Part shown: positions 47,154-57,304 of the stretch, in pieces
Position numbering within the stretch: the first letter of the stretch is position 1
Layout: each line of letters starts with the position of its first letter
Assembly: GCA_963836185.1 (NCBI GenBank)
Contig: CAWIIQ010000001.1
Span: forward strand, 1,696,001 to 1,760,000
Direction: 5' to 3'
DNA length: 64,000 bases
Source of the DNA: Candidatus Krumholzibacteriia bacterium
Lineage (GTDB): Bacteria; Krumholzibacteriota; Krumholzibacteriia; Krumholzibacteriales; Krumholzibacteriaceae
Made by a program: the position numbers and the translations under genes
The notes under the pieces: generated by a model
The model's input: the letters and a program-made list of their open reading frames with translations, nothing else
The model's database searches: none
What the model was told of the DNA's origin: nothing

Positions 47154-48641
47154 CCTCATTCCGGTCCGGCCCTTCGCCCTGCCGTACATCTCGAGGTATT
47201 CCTTCGCCGAAGCCTTCCATGAGTGGTCCTCGGCCATGATACGCTTGCGGGTCTTCTCGACCGCCTTGCCGTCTGCAAAGAATACGACAGCCTTCTTCAG
47301 CGCCTTGATCAACGCAGTGGGCGTATAAGGCTCGAAGACAAAACCGTTGCCGCGGCTCCCCTTCGCGTCTACCTCGGAGACCGTATCCTTCAGTCCCCCC
47401 GTTGCCCTGACCACCGGCATTGTCCCGTACCGGAGGCTGTACATCTGGTTGAGCCCGCACGGCTCGTACCTCGACGGCATGAGGAAGTAGTCGCTCCCCG
47501 CCTCGATCAGATGAGCGAGCCTGTTGTTGAACTCGAGCTTCACGCCGAGCCTCTTGGGATATCTGCCGGCGAGCTCGGTATATAGCTCGTGATACTTCTG
47601 CTGCCCCGTTCCGAGGATGACTATCTTCATCTCCATAGCGAGCAGATTCTCGAGGGAGTCTGACAGTATATCGAAGCCTTTCTGGTCGACCAGCCTCGAG
47701 ACGATGCCGATGACCGGTTCGTCTCCGGCGGGAAGCCCGAACTCTTCGAGCAGGGCGGCCTTGTTCTCCTTCTTGCCGGAAAGGTCCTTCATCGTGAAAT
47801 TAGCCGGGATCAGCTCGTCCGTCTCTGGATCCCACGCCGCGGGGTCTATTCCATTGAGTATCCCGACAAGATCGTTCTTTCTGTAGCGAAGCACTCCTTC
47901 CAGCCCGTACCCGTATTCGTCCGTGCTGGCTATCTCCTCCGCGTATGTCCTGCTCACCGTGCTGATGATCCCGGTGAACAACAGCGCCATCTTCATCACG
48001 TTGACCCTGCCCCAGAACTCGAAGGGGCTCATAGGCTGGAATATCTCCGGGTCGAATCCCGCCTTCTCGAGGAATTCAGGCTCGAAGAGACCCTGGTAGG
48101 CCAGGTTGTGCACGCTGAAGACAGTGCCTGTGTTCTGAAAGTTCGAGTTCGTCTCTTTTTCCCTCGCCAGGTAGACAGGGATAAGCCCCGAGTGAAAATC
48201 GTTGCAGTGGATGACATCGGGTGACATCTCCAGTCCCTTGAGCAACTCGATCACCGCGAGGTTGAAGAAGATCGTCCTCTCGTCCTCGTCCTCGAAGCCT
48301 TCTCCTTCAGCGTCCGTATATATATTGTCACGTCCATAGAAGTGCTCGTTCTCGATGAAGTAGACTTCAATATCGGTACCGGGTTTAGTGCCGGAGTAAA
48401 TACCGAAGGAATGGACCGTGCCCGCGACCGTTACACTCAGGCGGTCTATTCCGCCGACCTTTTCGATATTGTATTTCTCTCGATCGATCGAGGCATAGAG
48501 AGGTGTAAAGACGGTAATTCCGGCTCCGAGTTTCTCGAGCTCGTCCGGCAGCGCGCCCATAACATCAGCTAGTCCTCCGACCTTCGAGTAGGGCACGATC
48601 TCGGTCGTTACTACCGCTACTTCGATTTTTTCTGAGGCCAT
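47139..48641 (-). CDS. glgA: Glycogen synthase
   Basis: SKVGGLADV, HCNDFH, HNLAYQG, GILNGID, SRLVDQKG, PSRYEPCGLNQ. Confidence 0.96.
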   Translation of the reverse strand: MASEKIEVAVVTTEIVPYSKVGGLADVMGALPDELEKLGAGITVFTPLYASIDREKYNIEKVGGIDRLSVTVAGTVHSFGIYSGTKPGTDIEVYFIENEHFYGRDNIYTDAEGEGFEDEDERTIFFNLAVIELLKGLEMSPDVIHCNDFHSGLIPVYLAREKETNSNFQNTGTVFSVHNLAYQGLFEPEFLEKAGFDPEIFQPMSPFEFWGRVNVMKMALLFTGIISTVSRTYAEEIASTDEYGYGLEGVLRYRKNDLVGILNGIDPAAWDPETDELIPANFTMKDLSGKKENKAALLEEFGLPAGDEPVIGIVSRLVDQKGFDILSDSLENLLAMEMKIVILGTGQQKYHELYTELAGRYPKRLGVKLEFNNRLAHLIEAGSDYFLMPSRYEPCGLNQMYSLRYGTMPVVRATGGLKDTVSEVDAKGSRGNGFVFEPYTPTALIKALKKAVVFFADGKAVEKTRKRIMAEDHSWKASAKEYLEMYGRAKGRTGMRLTTP

Positions 48642-49687
48642 TCCTTGTCCTCTACCTTCTCTTTATTGATGTTCTGGTCATCAGCGCCGCCGATGTCGAC
48701 ATTCCTCAACGCTTCGGCCGCGTATTCGGGCGGGGTTGGATTGATGTAAAAGCCGCTTCCCCACTCGAACCCGGCTACCTTCGTCAGCTTTGGCATGATC
48801 TCGATATGCCAGTGGTAGTAGTCCAGGTCGGGTGTCTTGCATGGAGCGGAATGAATGATGAAGTTGAACGGGGGCTCATCGAGTGTTACGTCCAGACGGG
48901 TCAGAACCGTTTTCATTATATCCGCTAGGGCCGGAAACCATTCGGTCGGCGTCTTCTCGAAGGCCGAGATATGTTCGAGCGGAAGTATCCATGTCTCGAA
49001 CGGGAACCGCGACGCATAGGGAGCGATCGCTGTAAAATGTTCGTTCCGGTAGATGATCCTCGACTCCTCTTTCTGCTCCTGCTTGAGGATGTCGCAGAAG
49101 ATGCACCTTTCCTTCAGCTTGTAATGGAACTTCGAGCCCTCGAGCTCCTCGATCGCTCTTTTAGGAATGATCGGCGTGGCGATTACCTGCATGTGCGAAT
49201 GCTCGAGTGAAGCGCCGGCTTCCTCTCCCCAGTTCTTGAAGATGAGGATATATCTGAAACGTGAGTCCTTCTTCAAATCGATGCAGCGGTCCCTCAAGGC
49301 CCAGAATATACTCTCGACATGTTCCTGCGGCAGATGGTGCAGGTTCTTCGAGTGATCCGGCGATTCTATCAGCACCTCGTGGGCGCCAACGCCGCGCATC
49401 AGGTCGTATATGCCGTCGCCGTGCTTGTCGAGATCACCCTCGATCTGCAGCGCCGGGAACTTGTTCGGAACGACCCTTACCTTCCAGCCGGGACTGTTCG
49501 GCCTCGAAAGAGGATCCCTGTAGGCGAGCACCTCGGGAGGCGTCTTGTCTTCCTTTCCTGTGCAGAAAGGGCAGAACCCGCCCTGTGGCGGTTTTTTCTC
49601 CGTCTTGAAATCGAGGGGCCGTTTTCCCCTCTCCGTGGAGATTATCACCCAGCGTTCCATGATCGGGCTTTTGCGAAGTTCAGGCAT
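48617..49687 (-). CDS. galT: GalT-family hexose-1-phosphate nucleotidyltransferase
   Basis: CPFC, VRVVPNKFPAL, GAHEV, GASLEHSHMQ, HWHIEI.P, AGFEWGSG. Confidence 0.9.
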   Translation of the reverse strand: MPELRKSPIMERWVIISTERGKRPLDFKTEKKPPQGGFCPFCTGKEDKTPPEVLAYRDPLSRPNSPGWKVRVVPNKFPALQIEGDLDKHGDGIYDLMRGVGAHEVLIESPDHSKNLHHLPQEHVESIFWALRDRCIDLKKDSRFRYILIFKNWGEEAGASLEHSHMQVIATPIIPKRAIEELEGSKFHYKLKERCIFCDILKQEQKEESRIIYRNEHFTAIAPYASRFPFETWILPLEHISAFEKTPTEWFPALADIMKTVLTRLDVTLDEPPFNFIIHSAPCKTPDLDYYHWHIEIMPKLTKVAGFEWGSGFYINPTPPEYAAEALRNVDIGGADDQNINKEKVEDKEWPQKKSK

Positions 49688-49710
49688 CCGGTGTCGTTCT
49701 CCTTCTTGCG

Positions 49711-50289
49711 CTATTTCGCCTTCATGACCGTGGTCCGCACTATCCAGCAATCCGGATAATCGGCGGCCAGTTTCGCGCGAGCTTCGGAAGCCTCTGCGCG
49801 TGTGGCGAAATCTCCCGCCCTGACCTTATACAGTCCATCCTCGTAGTCTATATATACCGCTATCCCCGCGGCCGCCATGACTTTTTTCTTCAGGTCCCTC
49901 GCCCCTGCTGATTCCGCGAACGCGGCCAGCTGCACCCTGTATCCGAGCTCGTAGCCCGCCGCCGGTGCGGGAGGCTCCAGTGTCTCCTCGACCGAGAAGG
50001 AGTCGGCCTTCAGAGGTTCGATACTTTCCTCCGCGGCTTCTTTCTCGCCGACCGAGTCATCCTCGGGCATCTCGCTCTCGATGTCGTAGGGTTCATCGGC
50101 TGCCGGTTTTTCAGGTACTGTCTCCGGCGTGGTATCGCTCTGCGCAGGCGGTGGTGGAACCTTCTCCTGCTGTGCCACGGTCGTGCCGGTCGACTTGCCT
50201 GTACCGGCGCACCCTGCTAGCAGACAGACAAATATAACGGATGCCGCTGCCGCAGTCAGTGGGTAGAAATGCCTGATTTTACTTTTCAT
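49711..50289 (-). CDS. SPOR-domain lipoprotein
   Basis: Lipobox LAGC; Pro/Glu linker; GYRVQLAAF...YKVRAGDF. Confidence 0.85.
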   Translation of the reverse strand: MKSKIRHFYPLTAAAASVIFVCLLAGCAGTGKSTGTTVAQQEKVPPPPAQSDTTPETVPEKPAADEPYDIESEMPEDDSVGEKEAAEESIEPLKADSFSVEETLEPPAPAAGYELGYRVQLAAFAESAGARDLKKKVMAAAGIAVYIDYEDGLYKVRAGDFATRAEASEARAKLAADYPDCWIVRTTVMKAK

Positions 50290-50419
50290 CCTCGACCTCC
50301 CGACCCGTTCGTGTGACCCCGGAATATCGGTTTTCTCTATCAGAAGAGGTGTCAAGTGTCAACACAAATTGCCGTCCGCAGGTCTCCCTGGATCCGCGAC
50401 CTGTGTCCGTAACACACTA

Positions 50420-51526
50420 TCATGATAACAGTTCCCGGTATAGATCTTCCAGTGAAGAGGCGATGGCGTTCCAGTCGTACTCTGCCTCCACTTTCCTTCG
50501 GCCCGCCTCACCCATTCCAGCGAGTTCTTCGGGCCTCAGCGAGAGCACCCTGTTGAAAGCCCTGAGAAGATCGTCGGGATCACCCGCCCTGAACGATTCG
50601 CCTATCCCTCCCGAAACCTCGAGGTTCTCAGGGATGTCGCTAACTATCACAGGACGCGAATGGCTCATCGCTTCGATCAACGATATCGGCAGCCCCTCCA
50701 CCAGAGATGGAAGGACATAGAACGCGCAGTGAGCGTACAGCTCCTCGATCTTTCTCCCTGACACGTAACCCGGGAGTATCACCCTGTCGCCCGCCATCTC
50801 TTTTATCCTGGCTGCGTATGCCTCTTCAAACCTGGCATCGCCTGCGATAACCAGCCTGAGATCAGTGTCGACTCTTTCGAAGGCATCTATCAGAGTATCG
50901 AAACCACGCTCGACTATAAACCTGCCCACGCTCAGGATATAACCTCCAGGTTCGATCCCGAGGTCAGCGGCCTCCATGAACTCCGGGCTCCTGCCCAGTG
51001 TCGCTCCGTTCGGGATGTATCTTACATCCGTTTCGTACTTCTTCGACAACTGTGCAGCCATCAGCCTTGATACAGCGACCGCCGCGTCGGCCTTCAGAAC
51101 CGCCCTCTGTTCCCCTAGTTTAAGGAGTCTCTTCGCCCTGTCCCCCCACTTGCTCTGCCTGTAGTCGAGAGCGTGGACCGTGCATACCGTTTTCGAACCG
51201 GATCTCAACGGGATCCAGCAGAAGATCGAAGGGCCGATACCGTGGAAATGGACAATATCATAATTGCCGAAAAAAGCGGCGATGCTGGAAAGCAGCGCGT
51301 TCGATGCAGTATCGAGATTCTTTGTGGGAACCGACGGCAGCACCTTGACAGTTACCCCGTCCTGAGTTCCGCTTCTGCTGAAGGGAGAGCGGCCGTAAAC
51401 GGTCACATCGTGTCCGAGGGCGGCAAGCCTTGTCGAAATCTCCTCGACATGCTTTTCAATCCCGCCGAAAAGGGCGGGAATCCCTTTCGAACCTATCATC
51501 GCTATCTTGAGTTGGCGATCATTCAT
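50420..51526 (-). CDS. Glycosyltransferase family 4
   Basis: IAMIGSKGIPA.FGGIE, VGRF, EGLPISLIEAMS. Confidence 0.92.
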   Translation of the reverse strand: MNDRQLKIAMIGSKGIPALFGGIEKHVEEISTRLAALGHDVTVYGRSPFSRSGTQDGVTVKVLPSVPTKNLDTASNALLSSIAAFFGNYDIVHFHGIGPSIFCWIPLRSGSKTVCTVHALDYRQSKWGDRAKRLLKLGEQRAVLKADAAVAVSRLMAAQLSKKYETDVRYIPNGATLGRSPEFMEAADLGIEPGGYILSVGRFIVERGFDTLIDAFERVDTDLRLVIAGDARFEEAYAARIKEMAGDRVILPGYVSGRKIEELYAHCAFYVLPSLVEGLPISLIEAMSHSRPVIVSDIPENLEVSGGIGESFRAGDPDDLLRAFNRVLSLRPEELAGMGEAGRRKVEAEYDWNAIASSLEDLYRELLS

Positions 51527-51540
51527 CTTTAACCGGATCT

Positions 51541-52533
51541 TCAATCGGAGACGCCGCGGCCCGTAATGAGTCTTCCCCAGTTCTTCATGATCCACCCGGC
51601 CGCCCTGTCGGGGCGCCTCTTCATCGAGGTCCTGGCCGTACAGATCATCCAGCATGGCATGCTGCATACGTCGACAGCCTTTCGAGCTCTGCCGGCCGTT
51701 TCACCATTCCATATATCATCGAAGGAATGCTCGAGGATGTTCCCCATCTTTTTTTCAAGAGTTAGACATGGAAAGAGATTGCCCTCGGGGTCGAGGAAGA
51801 AGGAATCACGCCCCGCCCTGCATCCGAGCACCCTGCTTCCCATATCGTTGTACTGGAGCACACCCGAGTAAAAGTAAGACCTCAGCCATCTCTTGGGACT
51901 GGTACTGAGAAGTTCCTTGCGCATCACGTATCTCATCTCGTCCCGGAGCTTGCCGGGTTCGACCTTCTGGTTCTCATCGGTAGAGAAATAGAAATCTGAA
52001 TTCTGTGCGACGGAGGTCGTGAACTGGAAACCGAACTGCCTCGACAGGTCATATACCGCTCCGAGGTGTTTGACATTTTCCCTCTGCGCGGTAAATGCAA
52101 CTCGTACATTTTTATAGCCAAGCTTGCCCAGCTGCTTGAGTGTCTCTATGACCTTGTCGAATCCCCCCTCTATCCCTCTTATTTTGTCATGCATCTCACC
52201 GATGCCGTCAAGGGAGACAGCTATGCCTACCCTCCTGCCGATCTTCATCAGGGCTGGCGCCGCGTGAACGATCCTGCGGTGCTGGAACCCGTTTGTCGAT
52301 ATGACGATCCTCGGGGCGCGGCAGCGGTCGTATATCGTGCCGGCGATCTCGACGATGTCCTCTCTCAGGAAAGGCTCTCCCCCTGTGAGGTTCACATCAT
52401 TGAGGCTCGCCGGGACCCGCTTGTATTCTTCCGGCCCCATCTCCCTGCCTGGAGGAAGCTTCCATATGTTGCACATGTTGCATCGCGAATCACATCTGTA
52501 CGTGACCGCTATCACAGCGTCAACCGGTATCAT
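51541..52533 (-). CDS. Radical SAM protein with SPASM/twitch domain
   Basis: CDSRCNMC (CxxxCxxC), TGGEPF, STNG, SLDG; C-terminal CRAG...PC...C..PC..IC. Confidence 0.92.
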   Translation of the reverse strand: MIPVDAVIAVTYRCDSRCNMCNIWKLPPGREMGPEEYKRVPASLNDVNLTGGEPFLREDIVEIAGTIYDRCRAPRIVISTNGFQHRRIVHAAPALMKIGRRVGIAVSLDGIGEMHDKIRGIEGGFDKVIETLKQLGKLGYKNVRVAFTAQRENVKHLGAVYDLSRQFGFQFTTSVAQNSDFYFSTDENQKVEPGKLRDEMRYVMRKELLSTSPKRWLRSYFYSGVLQYNDMGSRVLGCRAGRDSFFLDPEGNLFPCLTLEKKMGNILEHSFDDIWNGETAGRARKAVDVCSMPCWMICTARTSMKRRPDRAAGWIMKNWGRLITGRGVSD

Positions 52534-53669
52534 CGCATCTCCTCGAAGAGCCGCGCGTAGGAATCTACCATACCAATCACTGAATATCTCTTTTCCGCCT
52601 TTACCCTCGCCCTAGCGCCCATTACAGCCGGCATTTCTTCATCATCGGCCAGCCTTTCTATCGCCGCAGCGAGGCTCTCGGTGTCTTCACTATCAATAAT
52701 CGTTCCATCGACCCCGTCATCGATGATTTCAGGCACCGAGCCTACTCTTGTGGATATCACCGGGAGCCCGGTGGCCATCGCCTCCAGGACCGCGAGCGGG
52801 AATGTCTCGACCACGGGGAACGAGCAGAGAACCGAAGCGTCCGATCCCTTAAGGATCATGTCGACATCATCCCTGTCTCCCAGAAACATCACTGATTCGT
52901 CAAGTCCCTGTTGAAGGGAAAGCTCCTTCAGCTTTTTCTCCTCCGATCCGGAACCTGCGATGAGAAAGACGAATCTCCCCTTCTGTTTCTCCTCAAGGAT
53001 CGAGGCGGCGTCCAGAAACATCTTGTGATTCTTTTCCGGCCTGAGGGCTGCCACGATAGTAACGGCAAACCTGCCTGAGTCGATGCCCAGCCCTTCCCTC
53101 ACCGAAGCCCGTGTCGCGTCATCAGCCGGAGCGAACCTTTCCGTGTCCACACCGTTATTGATCACGCTGATCCTTTCCGGCTCTATCCGTTCAACATCTA
53201 CCAGATGGTCCCTGTGCATATCGGCAAGAGCCACGATGCGTCCGAAACCTCCCAGAAAGAGGCGATCGAGTTTCGTAAAACTGCTCCCCTTGTCCCACAG
53301 GCCTGTCGAGTGAACGGAGAGTACTCTGCGGTGCAGACCTGCCAGACGTGCGGCTCCGATACCGATCGCAATGGCGTCATGGTGATCGAGCGACAGCAGA
53401 ACGCCGTCACTGTGACCGGAAAACATGCGGGAGATCCTGACAGCCGAGAAGGGGTCGTATCTTGCGCCGAGAAGACTGTGCTTTACAGGTACACCAGCTG
53501 TGACAAGCCGCTCACCCGTCCTGCCAGGAGCATGGAGGCACAGGACCTCCGGATCGTAACCGAGTTCAGGGAGTCCGAGCGCGAGGGACTCCACGACCCT
53601 CTCCGCTCCTCCCGTCACGAGAGTCGAAGCGAGTATGAAGACTCTCGTTCCGCCTTTTGGAAGGGTCAT
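52530..53669 (-). CDS. Glycosyltransferase family 4
   Basis: GGAER, NNGVD, LRPEKNH, ETFPLAVLEAMATG. Confidence 0.92.
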   Translation of the reverse strand: MTLPKGGTRVFILASTLVTGGAERVVESLALGLPELGYDPEVLCLHAPGRTGERLVTAGVPVKHSLLGARYDPFSAVRISRMFSGHSDGVLLSLDHHDAIAIGIGAARLAGLHRRVLSVHSTGLWDKGSSFTKLDRLFLGGFGRIVALADMHRDHLVDVERIEPERISVINNGVDTERFAPADDATRASVREGLGIDSGRFAVTIVAALRPEKNHKMFLDAASILEEKQKGRFVFLIAGSGSEEKKLKELSLQQGLDESVMFLGDRDDVDMILKGSDASVLCSFPVVETFPLAVLEAMATGLPVISTRVGSVPEIIDDGVDGTIIDSEDTESLAAAIERLADDEEMPAVMGARARVKAEKRYSVIGMVDSYARLFEEMR

Positions 53670-53679
53670 ATCGCGACAC

Positions 53680-54318
53680 CTACAGGTAAGGGGCTTCCCG
53701 CCTGCCGGTCTTGCATCTCAGGTCCTTCAGCTCGGCATGGACCCGGGCCGGATTTCCATATGCCAGTACGCCCGGTGGCAGGTCCTTCGAAACGACGGAA
53801 CCGCTTCCGACGAGGGTTCCCTCCCCGATCGTCACGTAAGGCACGACCGTGACGTTGACGCCGAGCCGGCATCCCTTCTTCAGGACCGGGCCCTTCATGC
53901 ACTCACCGGAGTCGGGACAGCCGGGGTGGATATCGTTTGCTATAGTGACGCCGGGCGCCATGAAGACTCCGTCCTCGATCACGGTGAACTGGGCGATGTA
54001 AATGTTGCAGTGGATCTTGACTCTATTACCGATCGTGCAGCCGTAGTCTATGACCGAGTTGTTCCAGATATTGAAATCGTCTCCGATCTCGTTCTGCTCC
54101 CTGATCACTACGTTATGGCCTGTTTCCAGGCCAGCGCCGATGGTTGAGCCGGCGTATATGACACTCCCGCTCCGTATTTTCGCACCCTCGCCGATAATAA
54201 GCTCGTCCGAGACGTTCCGCCTCGGCGAAAGGTAGCCGACGAGCGCTTCGGGTTCTATCTCACAGCCAGGACCGAGGCGCACCCGCCCCAGCCTGGCATC
54301 GTCTTTACTGTTTCCCAT
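53680..54318 (-). CDS. Hexapeptide-repeat N-acetyltransferase (WbpD-like)
   Basis: Left-handed beta-helix repeats; VGSGSVVSKD; GNPAR. Confidence 0.88.
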   Translation of the reverse strand: MGNSKDDARLGRVRLGPGCEIEPEALVGYLSPRRNVSDELIIGEGAKIRSGSVIYAGSTIGAGLETGHNVVIREQNEIGDDFNIWNNSVIDYGCTIGNRVKIHCNIYIAQFTVIEDGVFMAPGVTIANDIHPGCPDSGECMKGPVLKKGCRLGVNVTVVPYVTIGEGTLVGSGSVVSKDLPPGVLAYGNPARVHAELKDLRCKTGRREAPYL

Positions 54319-54325
54319 GACTCAC

Positions 54326-55351
54326 CTATCCAAGAGTATCCGGATACTCTATCTCGATTTCCGCGCCGTTCTGTTTCATCGACCGGTCGATGGCGTCGAG
54401 GACTATAAGGACCTCCAGCCCGTGCCTTCCGCTGCTCTGCGGATCAGCGCCTTCGATGCAGTCGATGAAATGCTGGCACTCCATCTTGAGAGGTTCGGCT
54501 TCGTCCAGCTTCGGTATGTGGATGTCCCCGTACCTGTAGGAGAGCTGGAATTCGCCGAAGGTGTCGTAGTGAGGGATAACATCCACGCCCTTGTCGTAGA
54601 TGCGTATCTTCTCGAGACTGGAAATATCATCGTAGACCAGCATCTTCTTGCTGCCTACCACTGTCGTAGACCTGATCTTGTTCGGATTGAGCCATGAGAC
54701 GTGCAGGTTCGTGAGGATCGATCCGGGGTAACGCATCGTGACGAACGATACGTCCTGGATCTCGGGCTGGATGTATGAGTGCCCCACGGCTGAAACCGCG
54801 ACCGGTCTCGTTCCCAGAACGTAGTTCATGATAGAGACGTCATGCGGCGCGAGATCCCAGACGACATTGATGTCTTCCTGGAAAAGTCCAAGATTGACCC
54901 TCGCGGTCGACATGTAATAGATGTCTCCCAGTTCGCCGGAATTGATCAGGTCCTTCACCTTGTTCACCGCGGCGGTGTAGACGAAGGTGTGCCCGACCAT
55001 GAGGGTACGGCCCTTCTCATCCGCGAGATCGACGAGCTTTACGCCCTCTTCGACCGACTGCGTCAGCGGTTTCTCGCAGAATACATGTTTGCCTGCTTCC
55101 AGCGCTTCCGCGGCCAGCATGTAATGCGTCGAGACCGGAGTCGCGATGACGACAGCATCTATGCTCTCATCATTTATGATATCCTTGTAATCCGTCGTAG
55201 TGGCGAGCGACGGGTAGAGCCGTTTCATATGCTCGAGGCGGCCGGCATCGATGTCGCTGCAGATCTTGACATCGGCTGCCTTGAGATTAATGAAATTTCT
55301 GATAAGATTTGGTCCCCAGTATCCGCAACCAATCACTCCGACTGTTAGCAA
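54326..55351 (-). CDS. Gfo/Idh/MocA oxidoreductase (WbpB-like sugar 3-dehydrogenase)
   Basis: GCGYWG, ATP, EKP, VGH, DLAPHD; TTG start behind GGAGG. Confidence 0.88.
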   Translation of the reverse strand: MLTVGVIGCGYWGPNLIRNFINLKAADVKICSDIDAGRLEHMKRLYPSLATTTDYKDIINDESIDAVVIATPVSTHYMLAAEALEAGKHVFCEKPLTQSVEEGVKLVDLADEKGRTLMVGHTFVYTAAVNKVKDLINSGELGDIYYMSTARVNLGLFQEDINVVWDLAPHDVSIMNYVLGTRPVAVSAVGHSYIQPEIQDVSFVTMRYPGSILTNLHVSWLNPNKIRSTTVVGSKKMLVYDDISSLEKIRIYDKGVDVIPHYDTFGEFQLSYRYGDIHIPKLDEAEPLKMECQHFIDCIEGADPQSSGRHGLEVLIVLDAIDRSMKQNGAEIEIEYPDTLG

Positions 55352-55376
55352 GGGCCCTCCATTCTTCCAGCTTAAG

Positions 55377-56159
55377 CTAGCGTCCACCCGTTCCGGCCAG
55401 CATCACCGGCACGGTCTTGATCATGATCTTCAGATCGAGCAGCATCGACCAGTTCTCGATATAGTAGATGTCCATCATCACCATCTCTTGAAATGGCACC
55501 GTGCTGCGTCCGCTGACCTGCCACAGTCCCGTCAGACCGGGCCTGACCTTCAGCCTCAACTTGTGCCACTCGTCGTAGCACTCGTATTCATAAGGCATAG
55601 GCGGCCTCGGTCCCACAATAGTCATCTCACTCCTGAGGATGTTGATGAACTGGGGCAGCTCATCCAGGCTCGTCTTCCGCAGGAACCCGCCGACGGCGGT
55701 GATCCGCGGATCGTCTGTCATCTTATATACCTCGCTCTTCCCCGAGTCAAGCGAAGGTTCGGGCAGGCGCCCCTGGATGAAATTGCGGGTGAACTCTCGG
55801 TGAAGTGAATCGTCGCAGTCTGTTCTCATCGTGCGGAACTTGAAAAGCGCAAAAATCCCCCCATCCTCCCCGACCCGTTCCTGTTTAAAGAAAACGGGAC
55901 CCTTGGAGGTCAGTTTGATCAACAGAGCGATGGCGAGAAAGAACGGGAAACCTAGAACCAGTACTACCAAAGATGCTGCGATATCAGTTCCCCTCTTCAG
56001 GAACCTGTCTATCCAAGTCCTCCTGAAGATCGCATGATGCGTCTTTGTGGCCAATTCCGCCGTTCCATATTGCTCGGCGTTGGTATAATTGTCCAGGGTC
56101 GCTGTGTATTTTCTCATTCCAGCATAATCCCGCCTAAGGACCCTAGTCTCGATTACCAT
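55377..56159 (-). CDS. Second priming sugar transferase (Bac_transf)
   Basis: KRGTDI, FKFRTM, DPRIT, LRKTSLDELPQ, PGLTGLWQVSGRS; start uncertain. Confidence 0.92.
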   Translation of the reverse strand: MVIETRVLRRDYAGMRKYTATLDNYTNAEQYGTAELATKTHHAIFRRTWIDRFLKRGTDIAASLVVLVLGFPFFLAIALLIKLTSKGPVFFKQERVGEDGGIFALFKFRTMRTDCDDSLHREFTRNFIQGRLPEPSLDSGKSEVYKMTDDPRITAVGGFLRKTSLDELPQFINILRSEMTIVGPRPPMPYEYECYDEWHKLRLKVRPGLTGLWQVSGRSTVPFQEMVMMDIYYIENWSMLLDLKIMIKTVPVMLAGTGGR

Positions 56160-56197
56160 TAGCCGTTACCCTGTAATACCCCCCCTATTAAAGTATC

Positions 56198-57304
56198 TCA
56201 GGTAGCCGGGATGCTCTTGAGCACCTCGCAGACCTCGTCTACCTGCTCCAGTTTAAGTTCCGGGAACATCGGAAGTGTGAGGCTTGTTCGCATGAGCTTT
56301 TCCGCGACAGGAAAATCTCCCTCCGAATATCCCAGATACAGAAAGGCCGGCTGAAGATGGACCGGTATCGGATAGTGCTGTCCCCAGCCGATCCCGGCTT
56401 TACCGAGCGCCTTCCCCACTGTTTCCTTGTTTTCGCAACCTATTGGGAAAAGATGGTATACTGGCTCGCAACCTGATGCTGTCGCCGCCATCCAGAAACC
56501 GGCGCCCTCAAGATTCGACTGGTAGCGCGCGGCGAGTTCCCTGCGCTTGTCGTTCCAGTCATCGAGGTGCCTGAGCTTTACGCCCAGTATGGCAGCCTGC
56601 ATAGCGTGCAGCCTGTAATTGTATCCGAGCACCGAATGCTCGTTCTTGACGATCTGTCCATGATGCCTCAGTCCCTTGACCGTCGCCAGTACCGTTTCAT
56701 CCGATGTAGTTACCGCTCCACCCTCACCGAACGATCCGAGATTCTTACTCGGGTAGAATGAGAAGGCGGCGGCATCGCCCAGGGAACCGGCGCGCCGGCC
56801 GTTGTATTTCGCCCCGTGCGCCTGACAGGCATCTTCGAGGACCTTCAAGCCGTGCTTCGCCGCTATTGCATTGATAGGGTCCATGTCACAGCATTGGCCG
56901 AACAGATGGACCGGAATTATTACCTTGGTCTTCTCCGTTATCGCGGCCTCGAGTTTAGAAGGATCCATAAGGCCGGTATCCTCGAGAACATCCACTATGA
57001 CAGGCCTGGCGCCAGTCATTGCGATAGCTTCTACAGTGGCTATAAAGGTGTTTGCCACCGTTATGACCTCGTCACCCTCCCCTACGCCGAATGCTATCAT
57101 CGCGGCGTGAAGGGCGGAAGTGCCCGAACTCGTTCCCGCACAATATTTTGCACCGCAAAATGCGGCAAATTCCTCTTCGAAACCTTCGAGGCCGGGACCC
57201 AGGACGAAAGCGGTGTTGTCTATTACGCCGCTTATAACCTGATCTACCTCGTCCCTGATGGCGTTCGTCTGCTCACTTAGATTGAAAAAAGGGATCTTAC
57301 TCAT
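56198..57304 (-). CDS. DegT/DnrJ/EryC1/StrS aminotransferase (WbpE-like)
   Basis: SGTSAL, PVHLFGQ, EDACQAHGA, SFYPSKNLG..GEGG. Confidence 0.94.
   Translation of the reverse strand: MSKIPFFNLSEQTNAIRDEVDQVISGVIDNTAFVLGPGLEGFEEEFAAFCGAKYCAGTSSGTSALHAAMIAFGVGEGDEVITVANTFIATVEAIAMTGARPVIVDVLEDTGLMDPSKLEAAITEKTKVIIPVHLFGQCCDMDPINAIAAKHGLKVLEDACQAHGAKYNGRRAGSLGDAAAFSFYPSKNLGSFGEGGAVTTSDETVLATVKGLRHHGQIVKNEHSVLGYNYRLHAMQAAILGVKLRHLDDWNDKRRELAARYQSNLEGAGFWMAATASGCEPVYHLFPIGCENKETVGKALGKAGIGWGQHYPIPVHLQPAFLYLGYSEGDFPVAEKLMRTSLTLPMFPELKLEQVDEVCEVLKSIPAT

Noticed and set aside
53666-53902. 78-aa ORF suggesting a frameshift between the acetyltransferase and the GT
   Set aside because: Both neighbours are complete in their own frames
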